Part shown: positions 36,919 through 49,367 of the stretch, piece after piece | How positions within the stretch are numbered: position 1 is the stretch's first letter | Layout of the letters: every line of letters starts with the position of its first letter | Assembly: GCA_964016885.1 (NCBI GenBank) | Contig: OZ024742.1 | Coordinates: forward strand, 370,016,001 to 370,080,000 | Length of the DNA: 64,000 bases | Reading direction: 5' to 3' | From: Eledone cirrhosa | Lineage: Eukaryota | Position numbers and translations under genes: made by a program | The notes under the pieces: model-generated | The model's input: the letters and a program-made list of their open reading frames with translations, nothing else | What the model was told of the DNA's origin: nothing | Databases searched by the model: none

Positions 36919-37849
36919 TAATAAAAAACAAATCCTCCATTCCCATTATGCCAAACCCATGACTTCCAAACATCTGATCCACCGAAACTCGGCCATTTCG
37001 GACCATACCAAAATCAACATACTAATTGCGGATTTGGTACGGGTGATGAGAAATGTGTCCCGCATGTGCAACCCTGAAGAACTAGAGAGACACATACAAC
37101 ACTTCATCCACCGTATGCAGTTCTCTGGCTATAATCAGAGAGATAGAATCAGAGTGTATAAAGGAGCCAGAACCAAATGGGAAAAAATGGTAAATAATGA
37201 CATAAATGGGACCTGCCCCTCGTATAGGAGCAAATTTTGGAATAGAATAGAAAGAACTAGGAACAAGGCCAATAGAATAAACTCATGGTATGATAGCAAT
37301 AAATACCAGAGTGTAATGTTCATCAATACAACCCCTAGAGGCGAACTAGCCTACAAATTTAGAAGGGCCCTAAATAAACATAATCTCAATATTAAGATAG
37401 TAGAAAGACCTGGTACCTCTGTAAAAACACTTATTAGCAAGACATACCCGTTCCAAAGACCCTCATGTATAGATAAGAAATGTATGACCTGTAAAATAAG
37501 CCCCCATATTAACTGTAAAACTAGAAATGTAGTGTATAGCATCAGATGTACTGAAGGACAATGTAGAAACAAAAATATAGTGTACATAGGTGAGACAGCT
37601 CGTAGTATAGGGGAACGAATAAATGAACACTGGCGAGACCTCCAAGATAATAAAGAATCATCTGTGCTCTACCAACATGCTAAGATAGAACACAGGGGTA
37701 GATTAGAGAGCATAGAAATAAAAATAGAATCCACGCACACAAAAGACGCAATGTTTAGGCAAATTACAGAGGCAGTAAGCATAAAAGAATTAAAACCAAA
37801 ATTAAATAGAAAATATGAGTGGAACAGCAACATCACAACTTACAATTAA
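36902..37849 (+). CDS. PLE RT-thumb, Zn-linker and GIY-YIG endonuclease fragment
   Basis: HSHYAKPM, ADLVRVMRN, RMQFSGY, CIDKKCMTC..C, VVYSIRC..C..YIGETARS..ER..H..H, E..LN. Homologous to 51276-52724. Confidence 0.88.
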   Translation: MLKHINNKKQILHSHYAKPMTSKHLIHRNSAISDHTKINILIADLVRVMRNVSRMCNPEELERHIQHFIHRMQFSGYNQRDRIRVYKGARTKWEKMVNNDINGTCPSYRSKFWNRIERTRNKANRINSWYDSNKYQSVMFINTTPRGELAYKFRRALNKHNLNIKIVERPGTSVKTLISKTYPFQRPSCIDKKCMTCKISPHINCKTRNVVYSIRCTEGQCRNKNIVYIGETARSIGERINEHWRDLQDNKESSVLYQHAKIEHRGRLESIEIKIESTHTKDAMFRQITEAVSIKELKPKLNRKYEWNSNITTYN

Positions 37850-38338
37850 GGACAAAATGAAAACACACACACACATAGAACAAACAACTTACAATTGAAA
37901 ACACACACAAAATGAAAACACACACAGGACAAAATGAAAACACACACACACATAGAACAAACAACCAACCAACAATAAATAAATAAACAAATAGAAAAAT
38001 GAACACAAACACACACAGACACCCGGATGTGGCACATGCGCAAACTGAGCACACAACACACACACAGAAACAAAATGGCGTAGGATAGAAGAAAGAAAAG
38101 GCACAGAAACGAAGAAAGGAATCCCCAGTCACTGAAGAGGTCACAGAGTGTGTGACGAAAGGACTATGACTATATATATAAACAACTATCTGGTTGTGGA
38201 ACCAACCAACCAACCAGAAATTTATAATTTATAGGTTTGTAGATTTGTAAATTTATAAATTTATAAATATATAATAAATTGAAGTGAAAGCAACTGGTGC
38301 GTGTGTTTCTTATTGGCAACATGACCCTCCCAAAGTAT

Positions 38339-38345
<7 letters not shown>
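36911..38345 (+). mobile_element. 5'-truncated PLE, second lineage, tentatively Naiad-like
   Basis: GIY-YIG ORF and a pLTR with a hammerhead. Ends in ATGACCCTCCCAAAGTATAACAAT, as at 53226. Confidence 0.85.
38127..38171 (+). ncRNA. Minimal type I hammerhead ribozyme motif
   Basis: AGTCA-CTGAAGA-G-GTCACA..TGTGAC-GAAA-GGAC-TA-TGACT, with helix I AGTCA/TGACT. Confidence 0.7.
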
Positions 38346-38404
<59 letters not shown>

Positions 38405-38591
38405 TATATATATATATATATATATGTATGTATTATATATATATATATATATATGTATGTATTATATATATATATATATGTATGTATTATATATATATAT
38501 ATATGTATGTATTATATATATATATATATATATGTATGTATTATATATATATATATATGTATGTATTATATATATATATATATGTATGTAT

Positions 38592-38624
<33 letters not shown>

Positions 38625-38648
38625 TATATATATATATATATATGTATG

Positions 38649-38754
<106 letters not shown>

Positions 38755-38779
38755 TATATATATATATATATGTATGTAT

Positions 38780-38843
<64 letters not shown>

Positions 38844-38930
38844 TATATATATATATGTATATATATGTATGTATTATATATATATATGTATATATATGTA
38901 TGTATTATATATGTATATATATGTATGTAT

Positions 38931-38961
<31 letters not shown>

Positions 38962-39112
38962 TATATATATATATGTATATATATGTATGTATTATATATA
39001 TATATGTATGTATTATATATATATGTATATATATGTATGTATTATATATGTATATATATGTATGTATTATATATATATATGTATGTATTATATATGTATG
39101 TATTATATATAT

Positions 39113-40122
39113 CACAAAATACTAGGGTATTACAGAGGGTTCTATAGAAATAGTGGACAGCTTCCGTTACCTGGGCGATAAAATCAGCAGTGGGGGAGGG
39201 TGTTCTGAAAGTACTGTAGCTAGAGTCAGAACTGGTTGGAAAAAGTTCAGAGAGCTTATACCACTATTAGCTGCTAAAGGGTTCTCCCTAAAAATGAAAG
39301 GCAGGTTGTACGATGCCTGCATACGAACAGCAATGTTGCATGGCAGTGAGACATGGGCATTGTGTGCAGAGGATATACGCAGACTAGAGAGGAACGAAGC
39401 TTGCATGCTCCGCTGGATGTGTAACAGTAATATACGTGAACGGCAAAGCATAAACGAACTAAGGAAAAAATTAGAGATAAGAGGGATCAGATGCTGTTTA
39501 CTCGAGAGAAGGCTACGTTGGTATGGACACGTGATGCGCATGAAAGTCGATAGCTGTATAACAAAGTGCAGGGCAATAAAGATAGACGATAGCCACGGAA
39601 TAGGCAGACCTAGAAAAACCTGGGACGAGCTGATAAACTCCGACCTCACACACTTACACCTCTCCAAGACAATGTCACTGGACCGAGACCTTTGGCGGTA
39701 CTCAGTAACAGAGAAGACCCGCCTTACCTAAATATATAGTAAAACCTACTCCAGCCAGTAGGCATCTCTAACAAAATACACCCCGTCCCACCACCCCCAC
39801 CCCATCCACACCACCCCGTCCTATGTAAAGTTATGTTGGTGCCGCGCCATCCAGGCCGAAACAAATGAGATCGTGTAGGTGTCACGACAAAAAAACACAC
39901 AGTCCACGCTGTAATGTGGCCGTGTAGGCAACACGGTAAAAACCTCCCAGACCCACACTGTAAATGTGGTTGGTGTTAGGAAGGGCATCCAACTGTAGAA
40001 AACCTGCCAGACAGTCCTATGCGAGCAAGACAATCACTCTTGCCTCAAGTGGGACTACCCCCGTCCAAACCCATGCAAGCGTGGAACACGGACGTTAAAC
40101 GTTGATGATGATGATGATGATG
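39113..40122 (+). mobile_element. RTE family B, 5'-truncated (about 1 kb)
   Basis: ORF 39153-39731 (DSFRYLGD...EKTRLT), 3'UTR and (GAT)n tail. Confidence 0.92.
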
Positions 40123-40170
40123 TATATATATATATGTATGTATTATATATATATGTATATATGTATGTAT

Positions 40171-40202
<32 letters not shown>

Positions 40203-40306
40203 TTATATATATATATATGTATGTATTATATATATATATATATATGTATGTATTATATATATATATATATATGTATGTATTATATATATATATATATGTA
40301 TGTATT

Positions 40307-41112
40307 ATCATCATCATCATCATCATCACCGTTTTACGTCCGTTCTTCCACGCTAGCATGGGTTAGACGGGTTGTCCTGTTGTGGGCAGTGTCTGGTCGG
40401 CTGACCATGCCTTGCTCATACTGGAACTGATCTGGCTTGATTTCTACAGCTGGATGCCCTTCCTAACCCCAACCTCATTTACAGTGAGTGCTGGGTGCTT
40501 TTTCGTGGCGCCTACACGTCCACTTTACAGTGTGGGCTGGGTGCTTTTTTGCCGTGGCACCTCCACGACCACCTTGCGGTGGGGGGGGGGGGGCATATTG
40601 TTTATATGCTTCAGCATGTACCCATGGGAGGTCGGGTACCCTGTATTACTGCGTGACGCCAGAAGTCACGGTCGTGTGTCATTGACTTTGAGAGGTGTAG
40701 TTGGGTAAGGTCGGCTTTTATCACCTCATCCCAAGTCATCTTGGGTCTCCCCACTCCGCGGTTTCCATCAACTTCTAGTGCTCTGCACCTTTTTATGCAG
40801 CTGTCATCCTTCATACGCATCACATGTCCATACCAGCGTAACCGCCTCTCCTGCACGCAGCATTTGATTCCTCTTATGCTCAGTCTCTCTCTCAATTCAT
40901 TTATGCTTTGTCGTTCACGTATATTACTGTTACACATCCATCGGAGCATGCAGGCTTCGTTTCTCTCTAATCTACGTAAGTCTTCCACCTTCAGCGCCCA
41001 GCTCTCACTACCATGCAACATCGCTGTTCGGATACACGCATCATACAGTCTGCCTTTCATTCTGAGGGAGAAGCCTTTTGCAGCTAGCAGTGGTAGTAGT
41101 TCCCTAAACTTC
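40307..41112 (-). mobile_element. RTE family A, 5'-truncated (about 0.8 kb), complete 3'UTR
   Basis: ORF 40611-41060 is nearly identical to the C-terminus of 34836-36908. (CAT)n tail. Confidence 0.92.
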
Positions 41113-41171
41113 TATATATATATATATATATAATACATACTTAGATATATATATATATATAATACATACAT

Positions 41172-43471
41172 ATCATCATCATCATCAACGTTTAACGTCC
41201 GTGTTCCACGCTTGCATGGGTTTGGACGGGGGTAGTCCCACTTGAGGCAAGAGTGATTGTCTTGCTCGCATAGGACTGTCTGGCAGGTTTTCTACAGTTG
41301 GATGCCCTTCCTAACACCAACCACATTTACAGTGTGGGTCTGGGAGGTTTTTACCGTGTTGCCTACACGGCCACATTACAGCGTGGACTGTGTGTTTTTT
41401 TGTCGTGACACCTACACGATCTCATTTGTTTCGGCCTCGATGGCGCGGCACCAACATAACTTTACATAGAACGGGGTGGTGTGGATCGGGTGGGGGTGGT
41501 GGTGGTGGGACGGGGTGTATTTTGTTAGAGATGCCTACTGGCTGGAGTAGGTTTTACTATATATTTAGGTAAGGCGGGTCTTCTCTGTTACTGAGTACCG
41601 CCAAAGGTCTCGGTCCAGTGACATTGTCTTGGAGAGGTGTAAGTGTGTGATGTCGGAGTTTATCAGCTCGTCCCAGGTTTTTCTAGGTCTGCCTATTCCG
41701 TGACTACCGTCTATCTTTATTGCCCTGCACTTTGTTATACAGCTATCGACTTTCATGCGCATCACGTGTCCATACCAACGTAGCCTTCTCTCGAGTAAAC
41801 AACATCTGATCCCTCTTATCTCTAATTTTTTCCTTAGTTCGTTTATGCTTTGCCGTTCACGTATATTACTGTTACACATCCAGCGGAGCATGCAAGCTTC
41901 GTTCCTCTCTAGTCTGCGTATATCCTCTGCACACAATGCCCAGGTCTCACGGCCATGCAGCATTGCTGTTCGTATGCAGGCATCGTACAACCTGCCTTTC
42001 ATTTTTGGTGAGAACCCTTTAGCAGCTAATAGTGGTATAAGCTCTCTGAACTTTTTCCAACCAGTTCTGACTCTAGCTACAGTACTTTCAGAGCACCCTC
42101 CCCCACTGCTGATTTTATCGCCCAGGTAACGGAAGCTGTCCACTATTTCTATAGAACCCTCTGCGCAATTGAAAGAGCTAGTAGTTTGTGGGCACTTGCT
42201 GCTACTTATTGCACCAGAGCACCGGCCACATGTAAAATCTATGTTCTTAGTTAGCTTACCTGTGATCCCACTACATCTTTTATGCACCCATACTTTGCAT
42301 TTAGGACATAAAATGGAGTTTCTACCTACGCCTTTCCTACACACCGAGCACGACCATTTCCCAGAAGGGACCGCCGCCTTGTTTTCTTTCCTACAAACTA
42401 GTACTTTGGTCTTAGCCAGGTTAATTTTAAGTCCTTTTGACTCTAGGCTGTGCTTCCATGTTTGGAATTTCTTCTCTAGCTCGGCCATTGATTCAGCTAT
42501 GAGTGTCAGGTCGTCTGCGTATAGGAGTTCCCATGGGCAGCCTGTCTTGAACTCCTCTGTTATAGCCTGAAGGGCAATAATAAATAGTAGTGGACTGAGA
42601 ACAGAGCCCTGATGGACGCCAACTTTTACGCTAAACTCTTCACTATATTCGTTGTTAATTCTAACCTTGCTGACTGTTTCTTTATACATGGCTTGTATAG
42701 CCCTCACAAGCCATTCGTCAACGCCTAGTTTTCTAAGAGCCCACCAGATAATGGAGCGGGGGACTCTGTCGAAGGCTTTCTCCAAGTCGACAAAAGCTAA
42801 GTAGAGGGGTTTACCTTTAGCTAGGTACTTCTCCTGTAGTTGTCGTACTATGAAAAGAGCGTCTGTGGTACTTTTGCCTGACACAAACCCGAACTGCATT
42901 TCATCTAGGTCAATTCTCTCTCTGATTAGTTGCGCTATTACTTTTTCCGTGACCTTCATGACCTGGTCGATTAATTTAATGCCTCTATAGTTACTCCTAT
43001 CTAGGGCGTCTCCTTTACCCTTATAACAGTTAACGATGATGCTGCTATGCCAGTCCTTCGGAACAACCCCATTCTGTACGACTTGGTTAACTATGCGGGT
43101 GACCATGGTGTGTGCCACCGTGCCAGATGCCTTCAGCATCTCAGCAACTATTTCCGAAGGCCCAGCCGCCTTACCAGTCTTCATATCCTTGATTGCCTTA
43201 CTTATTATACTCCCCTCGACTAACACTGCTGGTCCCTCTATTGGGTCGATATGGGGGAGACTGCCTTTCTCCCAATTATTCTCCTCATTTAGTAGCCTTT
43301 CATAGTGACACTTCCAAGCTACCTTCTTATCAGCGTCGGTGATGGCAAGTGTGCCATCGTCGTTTAGTACACACTTCTCCCCGACAATATCACGGTTTTC
43401 CTTGACGCATTGCCTAGCAATCCTGAACACCTCACGTTTTTGGTCATCGCGTTGTAGAACATGCTTGAACT
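41172..43471 (-). mobile_element. RTE family B, 5'-truncated, with an open RT plus PHD frame (41565-43430)
   Basis: FVDLEKAFD, LLYADD, CSVC-CPKC-HKRC-CGRC; (CAT)n tail. Confidence 0.93.
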
Positions 43472-43509
43472 ATATATATATAATACATACATATATATAT
43501 ATATATATA

Positions 43510-43540
<31 letters not shown>

Positions 43541-43770
43541 ATACATACATATATATATATATAATACATACATATATATATATATAATACATACATATAT
43601 ATATATATAATACATACATATATATATATATAATACATACATATATATATATATAATACATACATATATATATATATAATACATACATATATATATATAT
43701 AATACATACATATATATATATATAATACATACATATATATATATATAATACATACATATATATATATATA

Positions 43771-43840
<70 letters not shown>

Positions 43841-44275
43841 ATACATACATATATATATATATAATACATACATATATATATATATATAATACATATATAT
43901 ATATATATATATATATAATACATACATATATATATATATAATACATACAAATATATATATATATAATACATATATATATATATATATATAATACATACAT
44001 ATATATATAGATATATATATATATAATAATAATAAATACGTATATTTGACTGTTATAGCGTATAATTTTTACATATTCTGGTATTTAGGGTTTGGCTATG
44101 TGTATACGGGAGTTTTGCGTCCGCGTGAGTGTGCAGGTTCGTACGTATGGTGGGTGTGTGTATATGTGTACTTCTTGTTTTAGTTGACTTACGTCTCCGA
44201 ACATTCGTGTATTTATATGTAGGTATGCGTGTGCGCTTGTTATATACGTATTTATTTACTTATATACGTTTATAT

Positions 44276-47200
44276 AATGCTTGAACGTAAGGAGGTCGAT
44301 GTTTGTTGTATTCAAGAGACCAGGTGGAGGGGAGGGTCGGCTAGATTCATCGTGGGTAAAGAACGATGCTATAAGCTTTTCTGGGTGGGAAATGACAATG
44401 GGTTGGGTGGGGTAGGAATCATGGTAGCAGAAAAGTGGGCAGATAAGATAATAGACGTAAATAGAGTGAACGACAGAATAATTAAAATAAGACTTGTCCT
44501 CAATAAAACTACGGTGACAGTAATATCTGCGTACGCACCACAATCCGGACTGCCCCGCGCTATAAAAGACAAATTCTACGAGACACTGATGCTCACTACC
44601 TCCCAAATAACCGACAGTGACTATATAGTTATTGCAGGCGACCTAAATGGTCACGTTGGACAACATTGTGACGGCTATGACGGAATCCATGGAGGCTATG
44701 GGTTCGGTACTAGAAATGAGGAAGGCTCCAGAATCCTGGAATTCTGCGACGCAAATAACCTAACTATCTGTAACACTAACTTCAAAAAACGAGACAATCA
44801 CTTGATCACCTATAGATCGGGGGAACACACAAGCCAGGTAGATTATATCCTTACCAAAAGACGTGACAGAGTGTCTGTTGTTAACACTAAATCCCTCCCC
44901 CATGAAGAATTCACCTCCCAACATAGACTGATAATTAGCGACCTCATAGTCAGGACGAGACGTACTAGACAGCGGAAGAGGACTATCTTCAGGAGAAAAA
45001 TATGGAAGCTAAAGGACCCCATAGCCAGAAATAAATTTCAAAGCATATTACTTGACTCTTTCGACAGTAAGGAAGAGCAATTAGAGTCGTATAATATAGA
45101 GGAACAGTGGGAATTCCTGAGAGCAAACCTGCTGACGGCGGCAGACGAAGTCTGTGGCTGGAGCAGGCCTGTAGGTAGGAGGAGAGTAACATGGTGGTGG
45201 AACAGTAAGGTGGAGGAGTCAATTAAGGCCAAAAAGCAGGCTTGGAAAGCATGGCGGGATGGGGGAAGTAGAGAAGACTATCAGGTAGCCAGGAGGGAAG
45301 CTAGGAGACAAGTGTACTTCGCAAGAAGGGAAGCAGAGGAAAGAAAGTTCAAGCATGTTCTACAACGTGAGGACCAAAACCGTGAGATGTTCAGGATTGC
45401 CAGGCAATGTGTCAAGGAAAACCGTGATATTGTCGGGGAAAAGTGTGTGCTTAACGATGATGGCATACTTGCCATCACCGATGCTGATAAGAAGGTAGCT
45501 TGGAAGTGTCACTACGAAAGGCTTCTAAATGAGGAGAACAAATGGGAGAAAGACAGTCTCCCCCACATCGACCCAATAGAGGGACCAGCAGTGTTAGTCC
45601 AGGGTAGTACAATAAGCAAGGCAATCAAAGATATGAAGACGGGTAAGGCGGCTGGTCCTTCGGAAATAGTTGCTGAGATGCTGAAGGCATCTGGTTCGGT
45701 GGGACACACCATGGTCACCCGGATAGTTAACCAAGTCGTACAGAATGGGGTTGTTCCGAAGGACTGGCGTAGCAGCATCATCGTTAACTGCTATAAGGGA
45801 AAAGGAGATGCCCTAGATAGGAGTAACTATAGAGGCATTAAATTAATCGACCAGGTCATGAAGGTCACGGAAAAAGTAATAGCGCAACTAATCAGAGAGA
45901 GAATTGATCTAGATGAAATGCAGTTCGGATTTGTGTCAGGCAAAAGTACCACAGACGCTCTTTTCATTGTACGACAACTACAGGAGAAGTACCTAGCTAA
46001 AAGTAAACCCCTATACTTAGCTTTCGTCGACTTGGAGAAAGCCTTCGACAGAGTCCCCCGTTCCATTATTTGGTGGTCTCTTAGAAAACTAGGTGTTGAC
46101 GAATGGCTTGTGAGAGCTATACAAGCCATGTATAAAGAAACAGTCAGTAAGGTTAGAATTAACAACGAATATAGTGAAGAGTTTAGCGTAAAAGTTGGTG
46201 TCCATCAGGGCTCTGTTCTTAGCCCCCTACTATTTATTATTGCCCTTCAGGCTATAACAGAGGAGTTCAAGACCGGCTGCCCATGGGAACTCCTATACGC
46301 AGATGATCTAATGCTCATAGCTGAATCAATGACCGAACTAGAGAAGAAATTCCAAACATGGAAGCACGGCCTAGAATCAAAAGGCCTTAAAATTAACCTG
46401 GCTAAGACAAAAGTTCTAGTTTGTAGGAAAGAAAATATGGCGGCAGTCCCATCTGGGAAATGGCCATGCTCAGTGTGTAGGAAAGGCGTAGGTAGAAACT
46501 CCATTTTATGTCCCAAATGCAAAGTATGGGTGCATAAAAGATGTAGTGGGATCACAGGTAAGCTAACTAAGAACATAGATTTTACATGTGGCCGGTGCTC
46601 TGGTGCAATAAGTAGCAGCCCACAGAATACTAGCTCCTTCAACTGCGCAGAGGGTTCTATAGAAATAGTGGACAGCTTCCGTTACCTGGGTGACAAAATC
46701 AGCAGTGGGGGAGGGTGCTCTGAAAGTACAGTAGCTAGAGTCAGAACTGGATGGAAAAAGTTCAGAGAGCTTATACCACTATTAGCCGCTAGAGGGTTCT
46801 CCCTAAAAATGAAAGGCAGGTTATACGATGCCTGCATACGAACAGCAATGCTGCATGGCAGTGAGACCTGGGCATTGTGTGCAGAGGATATACGCAGACT
46901 AGAGAGGAACGAAGCTTGCATGCTCCGCTGGATGTGCAATAGTAATATACGTGAACGGCAAAGCATAAACGAACTAACGAAAAAATTAGAAATAAGAGGG
47001 ATCAGATGTTGTTTACTCGAGAGAAGGCTACGTTGGTACGGTCACGTGATGCGCATGAAAGACGACAGCTGTATAACAAAGTGCAGGGCAATAAAGATAG
47101 ACGGTAGCCACGGAGTAGGCAGACCCAGAAAAACATGGGACGAGCTGATAAATTCCGACCTCACACGCTTACACCTCTCCAAGACAATGTCACTGGACCG

Positions 47201-47746
47201 AGACCTTTGGCGGTACTCAGTAATAGAGAAGACCCGCCTTACCTAAATACAAAGTAAAAACCTACTACAGTCAGTAGGCATCTCTATCAAAACAGCCCCC
47301 CGTCCCACCACCTTCACCCCATCCACACCGCCCCTTTCAATGTACAGTTATGTTGGTCCCACAACATCCAGGCCGAAACAAATGAGATAGTGTAGGTGTC
47401 ACGACAAAAAAAAACACACAGTCCACGCTGTAAATGTGGCCGTGTAGGCAACACGGTAAAAACCTCCCAGCCCCACACTGTAAATGTGGTTGGTGTTAGG
47501 AAGGGCATCCAGCTGTAGAAAACCCGCCAGACAGTCCACGCTGTAATGTGGCCGTGTAGGCAACACGGTAAAAACCTCCCAGCCCCACACTGTAAATGTG
47601 GTTGGTGTTAGGAAGGGCATCCAACTGTAGAAAACCCGCCAGACAGTCCTATGCGAGCAAGACAACCACTCTTGCCTCAAGTGGGAAAACCCCCGTCCAA
47701 ACCCATGCAAGCGTGGAACACGGACGCTAAACCTGATGATGATGAT
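44276..47746 (+). mobile_element. RTE family B, nearly full length, truncated within the APE N-terminus
   Basis: Homology to the 60.8-kb copy begins at AATGCTTGAACGTAAGG. The 3'UTR has 2 copies of the 112-bp unit, followed by (GAT)n. Confidence 0.93.
44277..47246 (+). CDS. RTE-B polyprotein (APE lacking its first motif, RT, PHD); open 989-aa frame
   Basis: IQETRW, SAYAPQ, GDLNGH, YADD and C4HC3. The first 16 residues of the listed ORF come from unrelated flanking DNA. Confidence 0.9.
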   Translation: MLERKEVDVCCIQETRWRGGSARFIVGKERCYKLFWVGNDNGLGGVGIMVAEKWADKIIDVNRVNDRIIKIRLVLNKTTVTVISAYAPQSGLPRAIKDKFYETLMLTTSQITDSDYIVIAGDLNGHVGQHCDGYDGIHGGYGFGTRNEEGSRILEFCDANNLTICNTNFKKRDNHLITYRSGEHTSQVDYILTKRRDRVSVVNTKSLPHEEFTSQHRLIISDLIVRTRRTRQRKRTIFRRKIWKLKDPIARNKFQSILLDSFDSKEEQLESYNIEEQWEFLRANLLTAADEVCGWSRPVGRRRVTWWWNSKVEESIKAKKQAWKAWRDGGSREDYQVARREARRQVYFARREAEERKFKHVLQREDQNREMFRIARQCVKENRDIVGEKCVLNDDGILAITDADKKVAWKCHYERLLNEENKWEKDSLPHIDPIEGPAVLVQGSTISKAIKDMKTGKAAGPSEIVAEMLKASGSVGHTMVTRIVNQVVQNGVVPKDWRSSIIVNCYKGKGDALDRSNYRGIKLIDQVMKVTEKVIAQLIRERIDLDEMQFGFVSGKSTTDALFIVRQLQEKYLAKSKPLYLAFVDLEKAFDRVPRSIIWWSLRKLGVDEWLVRAIQAMYKETVSKVRINNEYSEEFSVKVGVHQGSVLSPLLFIIALQAITEEFKTGCPWELLYADDLMLIAESMTELEKKFQTWKHGLESKGLKINLAKTKVLVCRKENMAAVPSGKWPCSVCRKGVGRNSILCPKCKVWVHKRCSGITGKLTKNIDFTCGRCSGAISSSPQNTSSFNCAEGSIEIVDSFRYLGDKISSGGGCSESTVARVRTGWKKFRELIPLLAARGFSLKMKGRLYDACIRTAMLHGSETWALCAEDIRRLERNEACMLRWMCNSNIRERQSINELTKKLEIRGIRCCLLERRLRWYGHVMRMKDDSCITKCRAIKIDGSHGVGRPRKTWDELINSDLTRLHLSKTMSLDRDLWRYSVIEKTRLT

Positions 47747-48372
47747 AAGTATTTATTTATTTGTACACAAGCATACACACACACACATATTTATATGTGC
47801 GTGGTTTTGTATACCCATGGTAAAGTTTTGCGTATGCTTGTGTATGTACGTACCTGTTTGCGTGTATGTATTTATTTGTTTCTATTATTTCTGTATTGTA
47901 TTTATTTACTTTGTTCTTAACTCTGTAGCGGAGATTCATTTGGTCTCCTAGTTAGAATTTTAGTCTACGATTTCTGCTATACCATTTACGTGGTTTTGTC
48001 TTTGCGTGCTATTGTTCTCCACGCTCCACATATGACTTATTATCTTCGTTTTTTCGTTCATTGCCAGAGAACGTCTCTATGCACCACCTAAGAGAACATT
48101 AGTCTACGACCTCTTTTATACCATAAACGTGGTTTTGTCTTTGCGCGTAATTGTTTTTCACCACTCCTATTAATGACGTATTATTCGTTTTTTCCCGTTC
48201 TTTGCCAGCGAACGTTACCACGAACCAAAGTATCGTCTTCCTGTCTTCCTCCGGTTGCAACGTTTTTTGAAATATCCAGTTCTGCGTTTACAGATTGACT
48301 TTGTTAGTTTCAGAAGATCCTGTTAAGGGTGAAGGCAGCGATTCTTTGCTTAAACTTTAATCTGTTATTTTA

Positions 48373-48403
<31 letters not shown>

Positions 48404-48432
48404 ATACATACATATATATATATATATATATA

Positions 48433-48494
<62 letters not shown>

Positions 48495-49367
48495 ATACAT
48501 ACATATATATATATATATATAATACATACATATATATATATATATAATACATACATATATATATATATATATAATACATACATATATATATATATATACT
48601 TGGGGAGGGTCATATTTGTGTAATATTGCCAGAATTAATAACAGAACACACTCACTGTTTGGTTGGTTTTCGCTTCTCGCTGTCTTTTATATCTGCGATC
48701 TAATTTACTCGGTCCTCAATGTTGTCATTGACTGACCGACAGTCAAAAATGATACAGATACAATATAGACACAAACACATATATATAGTTTACATAATTT
48801 ACATAAATCTTTCGTTGCACATCTGCAACATCGTCAGTGGTGTTATATTTTTTCCTCCTGTTGTGTTGTATGTCTACGCCATTTTTTATTCAGTCTGTCT
48901 ATATATTTATTTATTTATTTGCTTGTTTGTTTATTTTATTTTGTCTTCTTTGCGCATGCGTTTGCGTGTGTGTATAGTGTTATGTGTGCTGTGTGACTAG
49001 TGTGCATAGTGTTGTGTCTGCTGGGTGACTAGTGTGTGTTTATGTGCTTGTTATTGTGCTTGTGTATGTATTTATTTATCTTATTTTATTTTATTTTATT
49101 TTATTTATTTACTTATTTATACTTCTCTTAGGTCAGTGTTGTTTGTTTAGGTGTTGTTGTTGTTCCACTCATTCTTTCTGTTTAGCTTTGGTCTTCTAAT
49201 TTCTATTTCACTGGCCTCTCTGATTTGCCTATCTGCTGGGTCATTCCTATGTTTAGATATTATTCTAATTTCTATTTGTCTATGTTACCGTCATGTTGTT
49301 GTCTAGCATGTTCGTATAGTACTGACCCGTTTTTTCGTCCTTTTAGTTCCCCACAATAACAGTTAAT

